Shown in pieces: positions 60,701 to 64,000 of a stretch of DNA of 64,000 nucleotides. The notes under the pieces were generated by a model. It did no database searches. It had not been told where the DNA came from and saw only the letters and a program-made list of their open reading frames with translations. How positions within the stretch are numbered: the first letter of the stretch is position 1; every line of letters begins with the position of its first letter. Origin of the DNA: a virus; the IMG/VR virus record IMGVR_UViG_3300043448_000423, positions 6,071 to 70,070 of that record. One strand, 5' to 3'. Made by a program: the position numbers and the translations under genes.

Positions 60701-60764
60701 TTTTCCACAGATAATATTAAACCTGTGGAAAACTATCAAAAGTTTTCCACAACCCTGTGGAAAA
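60701..60764. promoter_or_regulatory. DnaA-box cluster 2
   Basis: TTTTCCACA at 60701 and 60743, TGTGGAAAA at 60724 and 60756. Confidence 0.65.
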
Positions 60765-60791
60765 CTCTCATAAGCCCCCCTAATCTGACTC

Positions 60792-60846
60792 ATAAGCAAC
60801 GATGATGGTTAAGGGGGTTGACTTTTGCCCCGATCCCGTCCATACT
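60792..60846 (+). promoter_or_regulatory. Early promoter with upstream ATAAG-N5-ATGAT box
   Basis: ATAAGCAACGATGAT-N11-TTGACT-N17-CATACT. Confidence 0.75.
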
Positions 60847-60871
60847 ACCTAAGTCAACGCGATTCAAACCA

Positions 60872-61189
60872 ATGCGTGTCATCGAACGTGAAATGAACGC
60901 CGCCATCACTGAGCAGCGCGAGTGGAAGAAAGACAACACCATGGTTACTAACAACAATGGTGTGTCGTTTGTGTTCCTGCATGGCAACCTGATTGCTGAG
61001 GTGGGTGAGAATTTTGTCAAACTGCATGATGGCGGTTGGCAAACCAACACCACCAAATCTCGCCTGAATGCTATCCTGCGTGTGCATGGTATCGGTTCCG
61101 AAGGTGTTTTTCAAAAGCAACATGTTTGGCATTTCCGTTGTGCTGATGGTTCTGTGATTCCTTTCTTTTCTGGAATGCGCCTGAACTGA
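60872..61189 (+). CDS. Conserved phage early protein
   Basis: MRVIEREMNAAI..LHGNLIA..GGWQTNTTKSRLNAIL..VFQK..W. Confidence 0.75.
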   Translation: MRVIEREMNAAITEQREWKKDNTMVTNNNGVSFVFLHGNLIAEVGENFVKLHDGGWQTNTTKSRLNAILRVHGIGSEGVFQKQHVWHFRCADGSVIPFFSGMRLN

Positions 61190-61320
61190 AGATTCTGAGG
61201 TTTCTGAGAATTTTCAAGAATATTGAATTCTCAGAAATCTTGAAAATTTAAAATTCTCAGAAACCTCAGAATCTTCAAATTTTAAGAAATTTAAAATTTA
61301 TAACTTTAAAGTTATAAATT
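61187..61320. repeat. Perfect 28-bp inverted repeat plus perfect 26-bp palindrome
   Basis: TGAAGATTCTGAGGTTTCTGAGAATTTT (61187-61214) / AAAATTCTCAGAAACCTCAGAATCTTCA (61250-61277); AATTTATAACTTTAAAGTTATAAATT (61295-61320). Confidence 0.9.
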
Positions 61321-61346
61321 AATGTAAACCTACTAAACTTCAAACA

Positions 61347-61475
61347 ATGACAATTTCTGAAATGTATCAAGAAATCGTAGAACAAGAAGTTGCAGATATC
61401 TTCATGGATGAAGATGGTTATATCATCGATGATTATACTATCGATGATACAATGACAATTGAATATGATGTATAA
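61347..61475 (+). CDS. Very acidic 42-aa peptide
   Basis: MTISEMYQEIVEQEVADIFMDEDGYIIDDYTIDDTMTIEYDV. Confidence 0.5.
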   Translation: MTISEMYQEIVEQEVADIFMDEDGYIIDDYTIDDTMTIEYDV

Positions 61476-61516
61476 TCATATTCAATCCCTTTAGTATACC
61501 CTACCACACCAACACT

Positions 61517-61681
61517 ATGAACAAAGAACTGATGCTTTCCCTGCTCAATCGTGCTACTAATGGTAGCGAACTGCTGGCAGTTCTTGACACTTTGACCGAC
61601 GATGTTGTGGTCGAAAGTGACACTAACTATATGCCCATTCTTGATCAGAATGTGCCCACACTTGAAGCTATCGCATTCTGA
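61517..61681 (+). CDS. Small hypothetical protein
   Basis: MNKELMLSLLNRATNGSELLAVLDTL... Confidence 0.55.
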   Translation: MNKELMLSLLNRATNGSELLAVLDTLTDDVVVESDTNYMPILDQNVPTLEAIAF

Positions 61682-61715
61682 TCATATTGTCAAATAGCTA
61701 TCTTTAATATGTAAC

Positions 61716-61770
61716 ATAAGCAATGCTTATCACTCAGGGGGTTGACTTTCACCCCCTGTTGTTCTATTCT
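61716..61770 (+). promoter_or_regulatory. Early promoter with perfect ATAAG-N5-CTTAT palindrome
   Basis: ATAAGCAATGCTTAT-N11-TTGACT-N17-TATTCT. Confidence 0.75.
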
Positions 61771-61797
61771 ACCTTTGTTGAAACAAACACACACATT

Positions 61798-62007
61798 ATG
61801 TGGGACGAGATTCAAGACATGCCTGGTGAAATCTTCGATGTTCCCGATAACATCGAAACTGTGCCTGATTCTCTCACATTTGAGCAAATTGATGCCCTGC
61901 TCGCTCTCATCGAGTTTCATGATGATTGGGATGAGGTGAGTGAGCAAGTGGGCACAAATGTTGCTCTGTTGCATGACATCCTTTCTGAAATGCGTGACGC
62001 TGCCTGA
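61798..62007 (+). CDS. Acidic hypothetical protein
   Basis: MWDEIQDMPGEIFD.. start behind a promoter. Confidence 0.65.
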   Translation: MWDEIQDMPGEIFDVPDNIETVPDSLTFEQIDALLALIEFHDDWDEVSEQVGTNVALLHDILSEMRDAA

Positions 62008-62009
62008 TT

Positions 62010-62135
62010 ATGCCTGACACTTACACTTTCACTGGTGACGCTGTAACCTACCTCGGTTTGGTTGGTGTCATCTCCACTACGATTATCATCGTAACCGCCT
62101 TCACTCGCTACTACAATTCTCCCCTCAGGAAATGA
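62010..62135 (+). CDS. Single-helix membrane peptide (41 aa)
   Basis: MPDTYTFTGDAVTYLGLVGVISTTIIIVTAFTRYYNSPLRK. Confidence 0.55.
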   Translation: MPDTYTFTGDAVTYLGLVGVISTTIIIVTAFTRYYNSPLRK

Positions 62136-62308
62136 TCAACCGTAAAGAGCTTCAGGATCAACTTGTCCAGCAAATGTTGGATGACATGGATCTCAAGACA
62201 ATGACCTGCCTTTGTTATGATTATCTCATGGAGGGTTATGATAAGTATGATGATGCAGAATTGACTGAAGAGGTTCAACAATACTATCCTGAATTGCTGG
62301 AGGCATGA
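62132..62308 (+). CDS. Acidic hypothetical protein
   Basis: MINRKELQDQLVQQMLDDMDLKT..YYPELLEA; ATGA coupling. Confidence 0.6.
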   Translation: MINRKELQDQLVQQMLDDMDLKTMTCLCYDYLMEGYDKYDDAELTEEVQQYYPELLEA

Positions 62309-62502
62309 TGTTGTACCAAATCACTGATGTTGAGTTTGATTTTGATGATGAAGAACTCACAGATGCAGAGCGTGATGACATCATCGGTGACACAGTAGGA
62401 CACATCTGGGAGGCAGATGATGAAGACGATCTCATTGAAGAGGTGACATGTGCATTTGGTTGGTGTATTAAATCAATCGACTATCGCCACGTATTAGTAT
62501 AA
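62305..62502 (+). CDS. Acidic hypothetical protein
   Basis: GGAGG SD; WEADDEDDLIEEVT..GWCIKSIDY. Confidence 0.7.
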   Translation: MMLYQITDVEFDFDDEELTDAERDDIIGDTVGHIWEADDEDDLIEEVTCAFGWCIKSIDYRHVLV

Positions 62503-62605
62503 CAAACTGGGCGGCCGCCCCTGTGCCAGTTGAGAAGGTGGCACAACCCCCCTTGTGGATCGCCCCGATCGGTGCAATACTAAGGCATACCAAACGAAAC
62601 GACTC

Positions 62606-62767
62606 ATGACCCGCTACGACGTGATCTGCCCCTCCGCTCCCTGGGAGAACACCACCACCGATGAGGATCGTGCCTGGGATCTGTGCCTGTCGCTCTCTGA
62701 AGAGTACGGGTACGCTCAGGTTCGCTGCAACGGGGTGATCATCGGAGATTACACCAACGGCATGTGA
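62606..62767 (+). CDS. Hypothetical protein
   Basis: MTRYDVICPSAPWEN..; follows a CAAACGAAAC leader. Confidence 0.65.
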   Translation: MTRYDVICPSAPWENTTTDEDRAWDLCLSLSEEYGYAQVRCNGVIIGDYTNGM

Positions 62768-62842
62768 CAGTCAAGGGGGTGTCCACTGATGCCCCCACCC
62801 CGCCCCAATCCGTTCTATCATTCTCTCAGTTCAAACAAACAC

Positions 62843-63271
62843 ATGTCCATCACCTTGACTGCCAACTACAAAGAAGTTCTCTCCGCTGCTGCTGTTGAGA
62901 AGATCGATGAATTGATCGATGAGAACTATGCTCTCGATGACATGCTTGAGTTCATCGATGAGCGTAATGAGAACGATTTTGTTAACTATTACGAAGAGTA
63001 TTGCCGCTGTGGTGAGGCAATCGGTTACGATGCTGTAGATGCTCTCATCGATGAGATGGGGTGCGTTTCTGACATCGAAGGATGCGATGAGCGTTTCCGT
63101 GGTTGGTACGAATCCACCGCTGATTTCGCTGAAGAGTTTTACACTGACATGCACGATGTTCCCTGTGCATTGGTTGTAGATTGGGAGGCAACCTACGATT
63201 CCTCCCTGCGTTACGATTACACCGCCTGTGAGAAGGGATACCGTCAGGTGGCGATCTTCAGCGACTACTGA
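62843..63271 (+). CDS. ArdA-like acidic antirestriction (DNA-mimic) protein
   Basis: Very acidic; FRGWYESTADFAEEF..VP....VDWEATY..LRYDY resembles the ArdA C-terminal pattern. Confidence 0.6.
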   Translation: MSITLTANYKEVLSAAAVEKIDELIDENYALDDMLEFIDERNENDFVNYYEEYCRCGEAIGYDAVDALIDEMGCVSDIEGCDERFRGWYESTADFAEEFYTDMHDVPCALVVDWEATYDSSLRYDYTACEKGYRQVAIFSDY

Positions 63272-63351
63272 GGACAGTTGAGGGGGTGGCACACGCTGCC
63301 CCCGATGCCCCCAGCCCTGCCTCTATACTGACCTCAGTTCAAACAAACGCA

Positions 63352-63567
63352 ATGCGCTTCCCCATCCGTCGCAACAGCACCGCTGTTCACCGCCTGACCG
63401 TCAATCCTATCACGGGCACCGCTCGCGTACAGTTCACCAGCAGCAGCAAGGTCTACCGCTTCGAAGGTGTCTCCCGTCGCGCCTGCCTCGCTGCAGCATG
63501 GCACTCCCCCGAGTCGCTGGGACAGTGGGTGAACTGGCACTGCCTGCAGTCGCATGTGACCCTCTGA
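63352..63567 (+). CDS. KTSC-like domain protein
   Basis: STAVHRL....GTARVQFTSSSKVYRFEGVS....ESLGQWVN. Confidence 0.6.
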   Translation: MRFPIRRNSTAVHRLTVNPITGTARVQFTSSSKVYRFEGVSRRACLAAAWHSPESLGQWVNWHCLQSHVTL

Positions 63568-63601
63568 CCCTATACTGACATCAGTTCAAACGACCTGACC
63601 C

Positions 63602-63778
63602 ATGATCAAGACCGTCGCCCTTCTGATTCTCGGTGCTGCCTTCTATGCCCCCATCATGGCAGTGGGCAGCGCCGCTGTCGGGTTCGCTGCTGACACTGTG
63701 CAGAGCGTTAACGCTGCCACCGAGCGCCGCTGTGCCACCTACAACAGTGTCCTCCCAGGCGCTTGCGAGATGCCCTGA
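63602..63778 (+). CDS. Small secreted/membrane protein
   Basis: MIKTVALLILGAAFYAPIMAVG..C..C; preceded by a TATACT..TCAGTTCAAAC leader. Confidence 0.55.
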   Translation: MIKTVALLILGAAFYAPIMAVGSAAVGFAADTVQSVNAATERRCATYNSVLPGACEMP

Positions 63779-64000
63779 CCCTGTAGGATACACACATCAA
63801 ACGAACCGAGACCATGACCAACAACGACCTGACCAACGACCTGACCTTCCCCCAGTGGGGCGCTGCCCTCGGGCAGTGGGGTGAGGATCTGGAGCATGAT
63901 GACCTCATGACCGCTGACGACTACGACCGCCGCCGCTGGGAGCGTGACGGTTGGAATGATCGCTACTGAGGCGACCCCCCCCCCCCCTGCCCCCCTACCC

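Noticed and set aside
62010-62135. Single-helix peptide as a photosystem subunit or Hli protein
   Set aside because: No ExxNGRxAM Hli motif and no recognisable Psb/Psa/Pet signature; left as hypothetical
63974-64000. Terminal poly-C tract as a G-quadruplex or genome end
   Set aside because: At the window edge and homopolymer-rich; cannot be distinguished from a sequencing/assembly artefact or a C-rich promoter spacer

Overview
This window is 64 kb of a T4-like cyanomyovirus (cyanophage) genome. 1-3.1 kb holds phoH, a Cas4-like exonuclease, gp33 and gp32. 3.2-19.8 kb is the baseplate/tail module: gp53, gp48, gp2, gp4, a tail-tube/gp54-like gene, gp26/gp51-like genes, two ~1000-aa tape-measure-like proteins with wall-degrading domains, a hub protein, cp12 and a split gp5. 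20-21.3 kb has four tRNAs and a T-type bilin lyase (cpeT/cpcT). 21.4-44.3 kb has a 4345-aa virion protein, three collar-domain fibres, a fibre chaperone and 2OG-Fe(II) oxygenases. 44.3-64 kb is a dense early region of small ORFs behind repeated sigma70-like promoter cassettes, including RlpA-like, thioredoxin, ParB-like, SF2 helicase, EndoVII-type HNH, KTSC and ArdA-like genes. Four observations stand out. (1) The giant virion protein next to cpeT has five nested phycobiliprotein-like domains that keep both Cys84-like and beta-Cys155-like motifs, a candidate bilin-decorated virion system. (2) A -1 slippery site could fuse gp26-like and gp51-like ORFs just upstream of the tape-measure-like genes. 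(3) Two clusters of perfect TTTTCCACA DnaA boxes lie around AT-rich inverted repeats. (4) A LysR-like palindrome sits at a fixed distance upstream of five early promoters. All calls come from motif recognition by eye; no searches were run.
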